Assembly (NCBI RefSeq): GCF_018350175.1
Contig: NC_058368.1
Location: 194,372,001 to 194,436,000 of the forward strand
Reading direction: 5' to 3'
From: Felis catus
Taxonomy: Eukaryota
DNA: 64,000 bases
Shown piece by piece: positions 62,568 to 64,000 of this stretch (positions within the stretch are counted from its first letter, which is position 1; each line of letters begins with the position of its first letter). The notes under the pieces are model-generated. The model was not told the origin of the DNA. It saw only the letters and a list, made by a program, of their open reading frames with translations, and ran no database searches. The position numbers and the translations under genes are program-made.

Positions 62568-62840
62568 GGACTTTAAGAGACAGAACAGATGAACATAAGG
62601 GACGGGAAATAAAAATATAAAAATAGGGAGGGAGAAAAACATAAGAGACTCATAAATATGGAGAATAAACTGAGGGTTACAGGAGGGGTTGTGGGAGGGG
62701 GGATGAGCTAAATGGGTAAGGGGCACTAAGGAATCTACTCCTGAAATCATTGTTGCACTATATGCTAACTAATTTGGATGTAAAATTAAAAAAAAAAAAA
62801 AAAACAAAGAAAATTAAAAGAAAAAGGCTAAGTAAAAAAA

Positions 62841-63044
62841 TTTTTTTCTAATGTTTATTTTTGAGGAGGAGGAGGGGCAGAGAGCGAGGGAGACACAGAA
62901 TCTGAAGCAGGTCCAGGCTCTGAGCTGTCAGCAGAGAGCCGGACGCAGGGCTCAAACTCAGAAAGAGGCTCGAACTCACAAACTGCAAGAATAGGACCTG
63001 AGCTCAAGTCAGCCACTTAACTGACTGAGCCCCCCAGGTGCCCC
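62841..63044 (-). mobile_element. Can-SINE whose T tail continues on the far side of the L1 (57618-57643)
   Basis: SINE TSD TTTGGGCATCATTTA (57603-57617) / TTTTGGCATCATTTA (63047-63061) brackets both the SINE and the L1. Confidence 0.88.
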
Positions 63045-63221
63045 AATTTTGGCATCATTTAAAACACCTGAATGTGGTTTTCCTGAACTTTTAAGAACTT
63101 GATTAGTAAAATAATATGTTATAGTTGTAGATTTCCTCTGATTTCAAGCTGGTTTGCTGAGGAAATACAGAATGCACATTGTCAAGAAAAATCAATGCCT
63201 AATTACAAGAGGGATGCACTA

Positions 63222-63435
63222 GGGATGCGTGGTTGGCTCAGTCAGTTAAGTCTCCGACTTCAGCTCAGGTCATGATCTCATGGTCCATGGGTTTGAGCCC
63301 CACATTGGGCTCTGTGCTGACTGACAGCGTAGAGCCTGGAGCCTGCCAGCAATTCTGTGTCTCCCTCTCTCTATGCCTCTCCACCACACACGTGCACATT
63401 CTCTCAAGAATAAACAAACATAAAAAAAAAAAAAA
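63222..63435 (+). mobile_element. Can-SINE
   Basis: TSD AGGGATGCACTA before and after the element. Confidence 0.92.
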
Positions 63436-63894
63436 CCAGGGATGCACTATTTTCAGTTTTCTGACAATACTGTTTTCAGAATGCTTGCTCTGATTAACAC
63501 TCCCGTAGATATTTTCGTTAAAATTTTCCCATGCATATCATTCAAGAAGCCCATTGCTTTTAAGTACAGACCCTAGATTTACAACGCCCAATGCCTTCCC
63601 CCAGCAGGAGCTGCTGCCCTGAGCCCTTCTGGCAGCCTGCCCCATTTCCACCTGCCTGGCTCCAGACCTCCCCCCACTGCCTCAACAGAGCAGCTCCTTC
63701 TTCTGTGTTAATAGTTCTTGTGAGGAACATTTCTATGGGTAACAGTGTTTGGAAACCATTCATCTGCAACAGCACCTTCATTTATCAGAGAAACAAACAC
63801 TAGTACCTGGAGTGGAAAAGGCCCTGTAGTCCTGCTTCCCACATGATGAACACCAGGGTTCAGACCCCTGACCCTTCATGTATGACAGTGGGTG

Positions 63895-64000
63895 TATTTG
63901 TGTCCACTTCTGCTACAAGTTACGACACATTCAGCAGCCTAAAAACACAACCAGTTTGTTAGCTCACAGTTCTGGAGGTCGTTAAGTTTGACGTGGGTCT
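63895..64000 (-). mobile_element. MaLR MLT1-type LTR 3' end, cut by window edge
   Basis: aaaacacaaccagtttgttagctcacagttctggagg is typical of a reverse-strand MLT1 end. Confidence 0.65.

Larger units (their letters stand above)
57644..62840 (+). mobile_element. LINE-1 of a second carnivore/felid lineage; 5' end present but most of the 5'UTR is missing; disabled
   Basis: Starts GGGATGAGCCAAGATGGCGG; ~157 bp later joins ORF1 sequence; ORF1 and ORF2 relics, distinct 3'UTR and A tail follow. Confidence 0.95.

Overview
Mammalian, repeat-dense nuclear DNA, almost certainly from a cat-family (Felidae) genome, judged from SINEC_Fc-type Can-SINEs and carnivore L1s; the species cannot be called. I find no credible host protein-coding exon, RNA gene or CRISPR array. 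The long ORFs are L1 ORF1/ORF2 pieces, their antisense shadows, SINE read-throughs or ERV relics. The window holds two near-complete but disabled + strand LINE-1s of different lineages (4269-10204 and 57644-62840), old L1M relics, about 25 Can-SINEs, many LTRs (five packed into 30.7-36.4 kb), an ERV-L/HERV16-like remnant and MIR/L2/MLT1/MER relics. The most interesting structures are: (1) the second L1 looks like a spliced integrant, its 5'UTR fused at CAG|G directly into early ORF1, and it sits inside a SINE tail; (2) the first L1 is nested in a ~230 bp poly(A)-less internal ORF2 fragment with its own 13-bp direct repeat; (3) an unassigned ~1.1 kb LTR-like element with tandem NF-kB-like sites and decayed reading frames; (4) two near-consensus CTCF motifs and a CpG-retaining motif cluster near 54.3 kb. 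I do not see convincing evidence of a wholly new biological system. Repeat family names come from recall of consensus sequences, not from a database search, and boundaries of old repeats are approximate.
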